17,955 nt of DNA from Fidelibacterota bacterium (GCA_049975265.1 JBNGDF010000039.1:1-17955); one strand, 5' to 3'. Positions 8,403-17,692 are shown, counted from the stretch's first letter. Notes: generated by a model from the sequence alone, not told the origin. Numbers and translations are program-made.

Positions 8403-9146
8403 ATGCAAACTGCAACAAAGCTATTTACGTTAACACTGATTTTACTGCTGTCATTTTCTCTGATTGCTGAAGAGGATGTCCTTTCGATTATCCGCAAGGT
8501 GGATGAACTGGCACAGATCGGCACCAGCGCCACGAAAATGAGCATGCTGACCTTTCCTTATTCGGAAGACAATTCCAACTATCGCGAAATGAAGGTCCTG
8601 GCGTATAGCAAGGGGAAAGACTACAGCTACATGGAGTTCATTTCTCCGAAATCCATTCAGGGCTTGCGGATTCTTTCGGTCGAGTGCGATCAGTGGGTCT
8701 TTTTTCCCTCCACCGGGCGCATTCGCAAAATCGCCGCAAAGGCTAAGGACCAGTCCATTCAGGGCGTTGGCGGCGATTTTACCTACGAAGACCTCGGCGG
8801 CGGTTCCATGGAAGAAAACTACACCTTCAAAATCCTGAATTCCGATGCCGAAAGCTGGACGCTGGAGGGTATTCCGAAAAAGGAATCTTCCTATTCCAGA
8901 GTAATCATCACCGTTTTAAAAGAGAATTACCAGACACCCAAAATCGAATTTTACACCACTGAAGAGGGTCATAAAAAGGACCTGATCGCAGAAGATTACA
9001 AAACCATCTCCGGACGGCTGATGCCTACCCGGCTGACCATGCTGAATCTGATTAAACAGAGTAAAACCGTCGTCATTATCCATGAAGCCGAGTATGATAT
9101 TCCGGTTGATGAAAAATATTTCAATCCGATGCGGTTTTACAAATAA
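8403..9146 (+). CDS. Periplasmic LolA-like 'outer membrane lipoprotein-sorting' family protein
   Basis: Start moved to ATG 8403 (AAGGAGGT RBS). Sec signal peptide without a lipobox. Family-typical segments FISPKSIQGLRIL, QWVFFPSTGRIRKI, GGDFTYEDL and IPVDEKYF. Confidence 0.8.
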   Translation: MQTATKLFTLTLILLLSFSLIAEEDVLSIIRKVDELAQIGTSATKMSMLTFPYSEDNSNYREMKVLAYSKGKDYSYMEFISPKSIQGLRILSVECDQWVFFPSTGRIRKIAAKAKDQSIQGVGGDFTYEDLGGGSMEENYTFKILNSDAESWTLEGIPKKESSYSRVIITVLKENYQTPKIEFYTTEEGHKKDLIAEDYKTISGRLMPTRLTMLNLIKQSKTVVIIHEAEYDIPVDEKYFNPMRFYK

Positions 9147-9170
9147 TGTAGATTGGGAGTATCAGTGACA

Positions 9171-10676
9171 ATGAAAAAAGCAATATTAAATGGATTAATT
9201 GGGTTGCTGGCAGGATTTGGATTTGCCTTTGCGCAGGAGAGCGATTTCCCCGATGTCAGCTGGGAATCCGGTGACAGTGAAAGTGCCTCTTTTTCCACCT
9301 ATGAAGAATCTTTCAGCCTTTACGGCTATCTGATTGATTACGTCCAATCAAGCCTGGATTACCGGCAGCAGGAATTCAGCCGTCCGACGTTCGGCAACGC
9401 CATGCTCCTGCGCCTGAAAGGGGACTGGCGCCCCGAAAGCAAACTGCGTTTTCATGCCGAATTTTCATACCTCTCAAACGTCGGCAATCAGAATCCATAC
9501 GTGCTTTATGAGAAATTGGGAATCGCCGGCTTTTCCCAGAGCGACTTCCCGCTGCAAGATTTCAATCAGCGCATGTTCTTCGATCATGTCTGGGGAATGG
9601 TGAATCTGGGCAATTTCGATCTGCAGTTTGGTAAATTTCCCATCGCCTGGGGTACCGGCTATGTTTTTAATCCTACGGCGCGGGTGGCGTTTCCACCCTT
9701 TCTTGATATGGTAACCGAAGACACACCCGGTGCGATGGCGATTCTGCCCAGTTATGCACTCTCCCATCGTCTCTCTCTCGAAGCTTATCTCGCTTTCCAG
9801 GATAAAACCCAGAAAAAGACCGCCTGCCAGGAGGACGGCGACGCCGCCAATCTGCCGTACGGCATTAAACTGAATACCATCGCCGGTTCCTACGACCTGT
9901 CGTTCAGCTGGATTAAGGAGGTGCTCTATAATGATCTGGATTACCGCCCGCTGGACGATATTCTCACCGAAGCCGGAATGGAATACATCCAGGGCTTGAT
10001 TGCCAATCAGACCATGCTCGATCTGCTGGAAGCTGGCGATACCACCGCGGTTCTGGACATGTTTAAGCAGGGTGCGCTGGCGGAGATGACCGCCGGGCTG
10101 CCGTCGCGTCCCTACTATAAACGCAGCTATTTTGCCGGTTTTGATTTCGCCGGTGCCGTGGGAAATCTCGGGGTCTACGGCGAATTCGCCTGCCGGATTC
10201 CCCGGAATGACGCCGACAACGGATTTTCGCTGAAAAATTACAGTCTCACCGATAATCTGGAAATGTGTACCGGCTTCGATTATTTGATTCCCGGGATTGA
10301 TATTGATACCCGCCTGGAGTATTACTATCAGGGCTTCGGCGCGAAAAACAAATCCGACTACAATCTGCTGACCATCCTCTCCGGTGAACGGCTGGTCAAC
10401 GCCCGCAATTATACATTTTTATTTCTGGAGAAAACCGTCCGGAATTACCACCAATTCAGTCTGGCGTTTTTCAGCAATCTCGACGACGGCAGCTATGCCG
10501 TTCTGCCGGGATACCGCTACTCGCCGTACGGCAATTTCGATATCACCTTCGGCGCCTTCATTCTGGGTGGACCGAAAGGCTCGGAATTCGACGGACGCTA
10601 TACCCTTTACGGGGTCAAGGAGCTGGACCTGTTCGAAAATCTCTGGCCCTATCTCCGGCTGAAACTGAGTTTCTAA
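9171..10676 (+). CDS. Putative outer-membrane beta-barrel protein of unknown function
   Basis: Signal peptide MKKAILNGLIGLLAGFGFAFA. Many alternating amphipathic strands (LRLKGDW, LRFHAEFSY, FDLQFGKFPIAWG.G..FNP, GVYGEF, RLEYYY). C-terminal PYLRLKLSF ends in Phe like a BAM beta-signal. Confidence 0.72.
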   Translation: MKKAILNGLIGLLAGFGFAFAQESDFPDVSWESGDSESASFSTYEESFSLYGYLIDYVQSSLDYRQQEFSRPTFGNAMLLRLKGDWRPESKLRFHAEFSYLSNVGNQNPYVLYEKLGIAGFSQSDFPLQDFNQRMFFDHVWGMVNLGNFDLQFGKFPIAWGTGYVFNPTARVAFPPFLDMVTEDTPGAMAILPSYALSHRLSLEAYLAFQDKTQKKTACQEDGDAANLPYGIKLNTIAGSYDLSFSWIKEVLYNDLDYRPLDDILTEAGMEYIQGLIANQTMLDLLEAGDTTAVLDMFKQGALAEMTAGLPSRPYYKRSYFAGFDFAGAVGNLGVYGEFACRIPRNDADNGFSLKNYSLTDNLEMCTGFDYLIPGIDIDTRLEYYYQGFGAKNKSDYNLLTILSGERLVNARNYTFLFLEKTVRNYHQFSLAFFSNLDDGSYAVLPGYRYSPYGNFDITFGAFILGGPKGSEFDGRYTLYGVKELDLFENLWPYLRLKLSF

Positions 10677-10752
10677 TCCGGCGACAATTGTAATACACTA
10701 ACGATTTTTCTGATATATCCTGAAATTATCCGTTTCCGTAGAGGTTTTTGCC

Positions 10753-10947
10753 TCACTTCGGTGGTTCGGCGGAACGATGCTGCTCTTCCGGCTCCTCTGC
10801 CTGACAGTCCATCCCGCAGCTCTCTTTCATCAGGCAGGCGTCGCAGAGCGACTGCGGCTTCCTGACAGCTTTATAAATGCGCCGGATCAGGACCACCACA
10901 CTGACAATCAGCACTGCGCCAACGATGATCATCTGCCCGTCCATCAT
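10753..10947 (-). CDS. FeoB-associated Cys-rich small membrane protein
   Basis: One hydrophobic helix (IIVGAVLIVSVVVLI), a basic patch, then CDAC-x5-C-x3-C. The start overlaps the feoB stop (TAATG) and has a GGAGG RBS. Confidence 0.8.
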   Translation of the reverse strand: MMDGQMIIVGAVLIVSVVVLIRRIYKAVRKPQSLCDACLMKESCGMDCQAEEPEEQHRSAEPPK

Positions 10948-13103
10948 TAGCCTCCAAATCCCAGTAAGCTACCAATCTGATAAACGCCCACCGCCACCAC
11001 GAGGGCAGCTGTCAGCGTGTACGCCGCCTGAAATACCGGCCATTTCCAGGACCCCAGTTCCTTTTTAACCATCGCCAGAGTCGCCAGACAGGGAATATAG
11101 ATCATCACAAACAGCATCAGTGCCAGTGCCGTTAAGGGTGAGTAATTGGGGTCCCGACTCAGATTTTCCTTGACTAAAAAGTCGCTCTGAGATGATTCAT
11201 CAGATTCATTGCTATCCAGACCGTAGAGTATGCCGGTTGTCGAGATAATGACCTCCTTCGCCGCGACACCGGCTACCAGGCTGACGCCGATTTTCCAATC
11301 GAATCCCGCCCACTTCAGAACCGGCTCGATGCTTTTGCCCAAACGCCCGCCGAAACTATATTCTACAGGTGTAATATTATCTTGCCGAAGTTCCATCTCC
11401 TCCGTCGAGAGTTTTGGGTAAGACAGGCAAAACCAGACAATCACCGACGCTGCTAAAATGACGGTACCCGCTTTTTTGATATATTCCGACGACTTCTCCC
11501 ACATATGCAGAATCACACTCTTAACCTGTGGTCGCCGGTAAGGCGGCAGCTCCATCACGAAGGGTGTCTGTACGCCACGAAACAGGGTCCGCTTGAACAG
11601 CAGTGCAATCCCGAACGCCATCAACCAGCCGGACAGCCAGATTCCCCAGAATACAACGGTTGCATTTTCCGGGAAAAAAGCGGCTGCCAGCATAGCAACG
11701 ACGGGGGCTTTGGCACCGCACATCATCAGGGGCGAAACCATGATTGTGACGATCCGGTCTTTACGGTTCGGCAGTACCCGGGCGCTCATGATGCCCGGCA
11801 CCGCGCAGCCGGTGGAGATCATAAACGGGATAAAGCTGCGACCGTGCAGCCCGAATACATGGAAAAATTTGTCCATCACAAACGCCGCCCGCGCCATGTA
11901 GCCGCTGTCCTCCAGGAAGGAGAGGCCCAGAAACAGAAACAGGACCAGCGGCAAAAAGGTTAGTACGCCACCAACGCCGTTGATGATACCGTTACTGATG
12001 AGATCCTGCAATACCCCTGCCGGTAAGATCTTGGCAACCAAGGTCGACAGCTGTGAGAAAGATCCCGATATGAGATCCGACATCGGATTGCCCAACGCAA
12101 ATGTCATCTGATAGATACCAAACATAACGGCAAAAAAGATCGGAATCCCCAAAAACCGGTTCAACACCACCCGGTCAATCTTCTCCGTCAGATCATTGCC
12201 GTCATGATGACCGGTTTGGGTAACCGTCTCCTTCAACGCTCCGTGAATGTAGGCATAGCGCTGTTCGCCAATGATAATCTCACTGTCTTCATGAAAATAT
12301 TTCTCCAGTCGTTGCTGCCATTCCCGGGTCGCCGTCAAAACCATTTCGGGAAAACGGTGCTCCCGCTGTACCTTCCGAGTGGCGTCCTGGTCTTTCTCCA
12401 ACAATTTAATCGCCACCCAGTGCAGGGAATAGCAGTTTTTGAATTCGGGGTCCAGCTCCAACGTCGCAATGATCGCATTGTGGGCAATCTCCACCTGCTT
12501 CCCGTAATTCAAATGGCGCTTGTTGGATTCCAGCTTACCTTCCGCTAACTTCACAGCACTATCCAACAGCTGCTCTATGCCGCGTCCCGTATTGCCGACG
12601 GTTTTGACAAAAGGGATGCCGAGGATACGCCCCAGCTGCTCGCTGTCAATCACAATGCCCTTCGCCTCTGCCTCATCGGTCATATTCAGAGCCCCAACGA
12701 TCGGAACGCCCAGCTCCTGAAATTGCAACAGCAGATAGAGATGGCGCTCCAGGTTTGTCGAATCCAGCACATCGACAATTACATCGGGTTTTTCGTTGAG
12801 GACAAAATCCCGTGAAACGACCTCTTCAAGCGAATATGCGCTCAGACTATAGGTTCCCGGCAGATCAATAATCTCGACCAATCTACCATCCATCTCGATC
12901 GTCCCGGACTTCTTTTCAACTGTAACACCGGGATAATTGCCGATATGCTGTCGCTGTCCCGTAATGGCATTGAAAACGCTGGTCTTTCCGGAGTTGGGAT
13001 TACCCGCCAGCGCAATTCTGATAACCTTCCCGCCGGCAGTTAAGCGGTTGCGACCGAGACGGCGACGTAAACGATGCTGAACGGGCGGGTGTTCAGAACT
13101 CAA
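10947..13103 (-). CDS. feoB: Ferrous iron transport protein B
   Basis: G-domain motifs GNPNSGKT, NYPGVTVE, DLPGTYS and NMTD. Membrane motifs LEDSGYMAR, GCAVPG, FVMELPPY, AKEVI and YIPCLAT. The TTG start overlaps the feoA stop (TTGA) and follows a GAGGAG RBS. Confidence 0.97.
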   Translation of the reverse strand: MSSEHPPVQHRLRRRLGRNRLTAGGKVIRIALAGNPNSGKTSVFNAITGQRQHIGNYPGVTVEKKSGTIEMDGRLVEIIDLPGTYSLSAYSLEEVVSRDFVLNEKPDVIVDVLDSTNLERHLYLLLQFQELGVPIVGALNMTDEAEAKGIVIDSEQLGRILGIPFVKTVGNTGRGIEQLLDSAVKLAEGKLESNKRHLNYGKQVEIAHNAIIATLELDPEFKNCYSLHWVAIKLLEKDQDATRKVQREHRFPEMVLTATREWQQRLEKYFHEDSEIIIGEQRYAYIHGALKETVTQTGHHDGNDLTEKIDRVVLNRFLGIPIFFAVMFGIYQMTFALGNPMSDLISGSFSQLSTLVAKILPAGVLQDLISNGIINGVGGVLTFLPLVLFLFLGLSFLEDSGYMARAAFVMDKFFHVFGLHGRSFIPFMISTGCAVPGIMSARVLPNRKDRIVTIMVSPLMMCGAKAPVVAMLAAAFFPENATVVFWGIWLSGWLMAFGIALLFKRTLFRGVQTPFVMELPPYRRPQVKSVILHMWEKSSEYIKKAGTVILAASVIVWFCLSYPKLSTEEMELRQDNITPVEYSFGGRLGKSIEPVLKWAGFDWKIGVSLVAGVAAKEVIISTTGILYGLDSNESDESSQSDFLVKENLSRDPNYSPLTALALMLFVMIYIPCLATLAMVKKELGSWKWPVFQAAYTLTAALVVAVGVYQIGSLLGFGG

Positions 13104-13345
13104 TCCAGCTCCTCAACCCAAATCAGCCGCGCCTCCGAACGTCGCAGCGAGACCTTTGTACCCTTTATATCCACCTCAATCGGGTCCTTCAGCAGGGCTT
13201 CGCGGATGACACGCCCCACCTGTTTTTTAACAAAACCGATATCCAGCAGGCGGCGGCGCACCTCGCCAGTCGCATTAATCTTGACCACTTTAAAACGCTT
13301 TCCCGCCGGTATCTGCGCCAGATCCGTCACATGCCTGGTTTGCAT
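13100..13345 (-). CDS. feoA: Ferrous iron transport protein A (SH3-like)
   Basis: FeoA signature RRRLLDIGF...IREALLKDPIEVDIKGTKVSLRRSEARLIWV. Start moved to ATG 13345, which follows a GGGAGGT RBS and removes the overlap with the upstream gene. Confidence 0.93.
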   Translation of the reverse strand: MQTRHVTDLAQIPAGKRFKVVKINATGEVRRRLLDIGFVKKQVGRVIREALLKDPIEVDIKGTKVSLRRSEARLIWVEELD

Positions 13346-13370
13346 ATCCCTACCTCCCTCGATCAACGAC

Positions 13371-14126
13371 TCAATTGGACTGTTCAATGGCTACCTCAAT
13401 CATATTCGCAGCTCTCATCCCAAGGGTAACCAAACACCCTTCACTGGTCACTTTATATGGCTGACTCTTACTGCCTTTTTCTTCAAGCACAATGGCACTG
13501 CCGGGCAGCAACCCTTTTTCAATAATGCGGCGCCGAATCTCTGTGTCTGGTCCCAGCATAACCACCTGGGCTTTCTGACCCCGATCCAACTTTGACAACA
13601 GGGTATGAACGATATTTTTCTCAAGCCGGTGAGGATAACTACTGGCAACGAAACAGTTTTCACAAGCCGGGTCTCTTTCTATAAGGCCTTCCGAAACCGC
13701 AATACATTTTTGAAACAGGGCTAGCGCCTGCTGATCGTTTTTCCGACATTCACTTAAAAACTGGTACAATAAAATCAATCTTTCCAGCGTCATGACACTG
13801 AGATGATGCTCAATCTCGCAGGCATCCTTTTCGGCAATCTGTTCATCAATGCCAAGCACATCAATAAAAAAATGCTTCAGGAACGTATTTTTACTGGACA
13901 ATCGGTAAGCGGCTGTCTTGCCCTTGCCGGTTAATTCCACAAACTCACGGGCTGAATACTGAACAAAACCATCTTTTGACAGCTTGCGCATCGCCTCCGT
14001 AACCGACGGCATACTGACACCTTTGCGCCGGGCAATTTCCTTAATTCTGGCGACCTTTTTTTCATTAATGAGGTCCAGAACGATTTTGAGATAATCCTGT
14101 TGACTTTCTGATAATACCGTTGCCAT
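13371..14126 (-). CDS. DtxR/MntR-family metal-dependent repressor with C-terminal FeoA domain
   Basis: Winged HTH: DYLK..., IARRKGVSMPSVTEAMRKL, LTGKG. Dimerisation and metal motif DACEIEHHLS. C-terminal FeoA-like RRRIIEKGLLPGS. AGGAG RBS. Confidence 0.92.
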   Translation of the reverse strand: MATVLSESQQDYLKIVLDLINEKKVARIKEIARRKGVSMPSVTEAMRKLSKDGFVQYSAREFVELTGKGKTAAYRLSSKNTFLKHFFIDVLGIDEQIAEKDACEIEHHLSVMTLERLILLYQFLSECRKNDQQALALFQKCIAVSEGLIERDPACENCFVASSYPHRLEKNIVHTLLSKLDRGQKAQVVMLGPDTEIRRRIIEKGLLPGSAIVLEEKGSKSQPYKVTSEGCLVTLGMRAANMIEVAIEQSN

Positions 14127-14137
14127 TGGATCTCCTG

Positions 14138-14174
14138 TTATAACTACCTAATTTAGTTAGGTATGCCTAATTTA
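14138..14174. promoter_or_regulatory. Putative DtxR-family operator (one perfect and one degenerate box)
   Basis: TTAGG-TATG-CCTAA at 14157-14170 has perfect arms that match DtxR/IdeR-type half-sites. A degenerate copy, TTATA-ACTA-CCTAA, lies at 14138-14151. CCTAATTTA is repeated at 19 bp spacing. Confidence 0.75.
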
Positions 14175-14214
14175 CCAACAAAAAAAACGGGTGGGTGGTT
14201 GAAAATATTTTACT

Positions 14215-14243
14215 TTGCTTTGCTGCCGGACTTACTATATTAT
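14215..14243 (+). promoter_or_regulatory. Candidate sigma70 promoter for metH
   Basis: TTGCTT (14215-14220), a 17 bp spacer and TATTAT (14238-14243). Confidence 0.5.
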
Positions 14244-14252
14244 CAGTAATTG

Positions 14253-17200
14253 ATGGATGGGAAAGCGACCGTGGATTTTTTTAACAGGCTACAAAAGGGT
14301 ATTATCCTTTTCGACGGGGCGATGGGTACCCAGATTCATGCTCTCAATCCCTCTGAAAGCGAATGGGACGGACACAACGGATGTCCTGAAATCCTGAACC
14401 TGACGATACCCGCTGAAATTCAGCATATACATGAAAAATATCTTGACGCCGGTGCCGATGTAATCCTGACGAACACACTCGGCGGAAATTCCCTTGTCCT
14501 GTCCGAATTCAACCTTGAAAATCGTGTCATCGAGATCAACCGACAAGCCGCCCGGATTGCCCGGCAAGCCGCCGAGCGCTTTTCCACACCGGAAAAGCCA
14601 CGGTATGTTGCCGGTGACATCGGACCCGGCACGAAAATCGCCTCCCTCGGACAGACGGACTATGACACTCTTTACGAATCGTATCTGCTCCAGGCACAGG
14701 GTCTGCTTGAGGGCGGTGTCGATCTGTTTATCATCGAAACCTGTCAGGACCCCTTACAGATCAAGGCGGCGCTCAGGGCCGTGGACGACGTCCTCAGCAA
14801 CGCACACCAGACATTGCCCAGGATCGTCTCAATTACCATCGAAACCAGTGGTACTATGCTGATCGGTACCGACGTTTCCGCTGCTCTGGCAATTCTTGAA
14901 CCGTTAGATATTGATATCCTCGGCATGAACTGTGCCACCGGTCCCGAGCGGATGCGCCCCTATATCAAGCAGATATGTCAGTCCTTTCCCGGACCGGTCA
15001 TCGTCCAGCCCAACGCCGGGATGCCGGAAATGATCAACGGCGAAACCGTATATCCTTTAACAATTCAAGAATATGTCGGCGTCCTGTCGGGTTTTATAGA
15101 AAAATACGGTGTCCAGATTGTCGGCGGCTGCTGTGGTACGACACCCGATTTTATCCGGGCGCTGGCGGAAAAAATCCCCACGCTTTCGATGGCTCCCCGG
15201 GAACCTGTGATGAAACCCGTAGTGGCGTCCCTGTTTTCCGCCCAGGAATTGCGGCAGGACCCGCCTCCCTTCTTCGTGGGCGAACGCACCAACACCAACG
15301 GCAGCAGGAAATTCCGTGAATGCCTGCTGCACGACGATTGGGACGGCGTTGTCAATATTGCCAAACAGCAGGAGCAAACCGGTGCGCACGGCTTGGACCT
15401 TTGCGTCGCCTATACCGGTCGAAACGAAGCGTCCGATATGCGTGAAGCCGTTACCCGGATCATTCGCCAGGTCAATCTGCCCATATTTATCGATTCAACC
15501 GAGCCCTCGGTGATTGAAACCGCCCTGAAGCTGATCGGTGGACGGGCAGTAATCAACTCTATCAATCTGGAAGATGGTGAAGAACGCGTCCGGCAGGTCA
15601 GCCATCTCGCCAGGCGGTTCGGTGCCGCCCTGATTGCCCTCACAATTGACGAAAGCGGCATGGCGCAGGATGTGGATAAAAAAGTATCGATTGCAAAGCG
15701 AATTTTCGACATCGCCGTAAACCAAATCGGTCTTCGACCGCAGGATTTACTATTTGACACCCTCACCTTCACCCTCGGCAGCGGTGACGAATCCCTGAAA
15801 AACGCCGGTGCCAACACCATCGCCGGTATCAAAGCCATTAAAGCCGAACTTCCCGGCGTATTTACGATATTAGGAATTTCCAATATATCTTTCGGGCTGC
15901 ATCCCGGATCCCGGGAAATTCTCAACTCAGTTTTTCTGGGTGAAGCCATCAAAGCCGGTCTGGACCTTGCCATTGTAAATGTCCAAAAAATTCTCCCGCT
16001 TTACAAAATCGACCAGGCGGACATCGCTGTTTGCCGTAATTTGATCTACAATCGCGGTGCCGATCCGCTGCTGACCTTTATCCGCCATTTTGAAAAACAA
16101 TCCGGGACTAAGAAAACCGAGCCGACGTCGGAAAAGTTGCCATTGAGCGAAAAAATACAGCAGCAGATCATTCAGGGTAATCGGGTCGGACTGAATTCAC
16201 TCCTGGACGAGGCTGGCAAGAATATGGCGGCAATTAATATTATCAATCAATGGCTGATTCCGGCGATGAAAACCGTAGGCGATCTCTTCAGCGCCGGGAA
16301 AATGCAATTGCCATTCGTGCTGCAATCGGCAGAGGTGATGAAATCCGCCGTGAGCCGGCTGGAGCCCTTTCTGGAGAAGCATGCCGGCGATACGCAGGCC
16401 AGCATTGTCCTGGCGACGGTGCGGGGCGATGTTCACGACATCGGGAAAAATCTGGTGGATATTATCCTGACCAACAACGGCTATAAAGTGTACAATCTGG
16501 GTATAAAATGCGAAATTGAAACGGTGCTGCAAAAAGCGGCGGAGGTTCACGCTGACGCCATCGGGATGAGCGGGCTGCTGGTTAAGTCTACCACCGTCAT
16601 GAAGGAAAATCTTGAGCTGATGCGGCAGCGCAATATCACGACGCCGGTACTACTGGGCGGCGCCGCTCTGACCCGCCATTTTGTCGAAAATATCTGTGCT
16701 CCGATCTATGACGGTCCGGTAATCTACTGTCCCGATGCCTTCGCGGGACTGGCGGCAATGAACCAGATCAAGGTTCACAGACCAACAGCCACCCTGCCCC
16801 CAAATTCATCAAGTCCAGAGAAAGCCGTAAAAACCATCCGTCCCAAAACAATCTCCCCACAGGAAAAAATCTATCGGGATATTGATATTCCTGAACCTCC
16901 CTTCTGGGGAGTGCGGTATGTCGATAACATCGATCCGGATACCGTTTTTTCCTTTCTAAACGAAACGGCTCTCTTTCGCGGACGCTGGGGTTATCGGCGG
17001 GGAAAACTATCCCGGGAGGCGTACGCTGAACTGGTGGAAAAGCGGGTCCGCCCGGAATTTGAACTGCTGAAACAGCACTGCAAAGACAAACAGCTGCTGC
17101 AACCGCAGATTGCATATGGCTATTTCCAGTGCAACAGCAACGGTGACGACCTGATAATCTACGAAAAAAATACCACCCGCGAGATTGACCGCTTCCACTT

Positions 17201-17681
17201 TCCACGCCAGAAAAAGGCGCCGTATCGCTCTATCGCTGATTTTTTCCTGCCGGTCGATTCAGGTAAAAGAGACCTCATCGCCCTGCAGGTGGCAACCATC
17301 GGTGCCCGTGCTCAATCCGAAGCCCGGCGACTCTTCCAGGAGGACCATTACAAGGACTATCTGCTGTTTCACGGGCTGAGCGTGGAGTCCGCCGAAGCCC
17401 TGGCGGAATACTGGCACCGGCAGATTCGCAAGGAGCTACATATTGACGCAGAGGACGGGGGTGGGATGGCGGAACTGATCGTCCAGAAATACCGCGGCTC
17501 GCGCTACTCCTTCGGCTATCCGGCGTGCCCCAACCTTTCGGAAAATGATAAAATATTACGGCTTCTGAATGCGGGAAAAATCGGCGTGACCACCACCGAA
17601 AGCCACCAGATGATCCCGGAACAGACGACCGCCGCCTTCATTGTCCACCATCCCCAGGCGAAGTATTTTACGCTCGAATAA
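14253..17681 (+). CDS. metH: Cobalamin-dependent methionine synthase
   Basis: Homocysteine domain: DGAMGT, with Zn ligands in GMNCATGP and GGCCGT. Pterin domain: [24 protein letters not shown]. Cap domain: [14 protein letters not shown]12-binding domain: [18 protein letters not shown]. Activation domain: [10 protein letters not shown]. The start is uncertain (TTG 14250, ATG 14253 or GTG 14271). Confidence 0.97.
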   Translation: MDGKATVDFFNRLQKGIILFDGAMGTQIHALNPSESEWDGHNGCPEILNLTIPAEIQHIHEKYLDAGADVILTNTLGGNSLVLSEFNLENRVIEINRQAARIARQAAERFSTPEKPRYVAGDIGPGTKIASLGQTDYDTLYESYLLQAQGLLEGGVDLFIIETCQDPLQIKAALRAVDDVLSNAHQTLPRIVSITIETSGTMLIGTDVSAALAILEPLDIDILGMNCATGPERMRPYIKQICQSFPGPVIVQPNAGMPEMINGETVYPLTIQEYVGVLSGFIEKYGVQIVGGCCGTTPDFIRALAEKIPTLSMAPREPVMKPVVASLFSAQELRQDPPPFFVGERTNTNGSRKFRECLLHDDWDGVVNIAKQQEQTGAHGLDLCVAYTGRNEASDMREAVTRIIRQVNLPIFIDSTEPSVIETALKLIGGRAVINSINLEDGEERVRQVSHLARRFGAALIALTIDESGMAQDVDKKVSIAKRIFDIAVNQIGLRPQDLLFDTLTFTLGSGDESLKNAGANTIAGIKAIKAELPGVFTILGISNISFGLHPGSREILNSVFLGEAIKAGLDLAIVNVQKILPLYKIDQADIAVCRNLIYNRGADPLLTFIRHFEKQSGTKKTEPTSEKLPLSEKIQQQIIQGNRVGLNSLLDEAGKNMAAINIINQWLIPAMKTVGDLFSAGKMQLPFVLQSAEVMKSAVSRLEPFLEKHAGDTQASIVLATVRGDVHDIGKNLVDIILTNNGYKVYNLGIKCEIETVLQKAAEVHADAIGMSGLLVKSTTVMKENLELMRQRNITTPVLLGGAALTRHFVENICAPIYDGPVIYCPDAFAGLAAMNQIKVHRPTATLPPNSSSPEKAVKTIRPKTISPQEKIYRDIDIPEPPFWGVRYVDNIDPDTVFSFLNETALFRGRWGYRRGKLSREAYAELVEKRVRPEFELLKQHCKDKQLLQPQIAYGYFQCNSNGDDLIIYEKNTTREIDRFHFPRQKKAPYRSIADFFLPVDSGKRDLIALQVATIGARAQSEARRLFQEDHYKDYLLFHGLSVESAEALAEYWHRQIRKELHIDAEDGGGMAELIVQKYRGSRYSFGYPACPNLSENDKILRLLNAGKIGVTTTESHQMIPEQTTAAFIVHHPQAKYFTLE

Positions 17682-17692
17682 TGGAGCCTATT

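Noticed and set aside
10677..10755. Intrinsic terminator between the convergent barrel and feo operons
   Set aside because: Only a 4 bp stem (GAGG/CCTC) is visible, which is too weak to call.
13074..13595. 173 aa plus-strand ORF
   Set aside because: It is antisense to feoA and the dtxR-like gene, which both have clear family motifs.
14127..14252. Cobalamin or SAM riboswitch upstream of metH
   Set aside because: The region is short and mostly AT-rich, lacks recognisable conserved riboswitch elements, and is occupied by operator and promoter motifs.
15410..15973. 187 aa minus-strand ORF and other short ORFs within metH
   Set aside because: These are antisense or alternative-frame shadows of a highly conserved gene.
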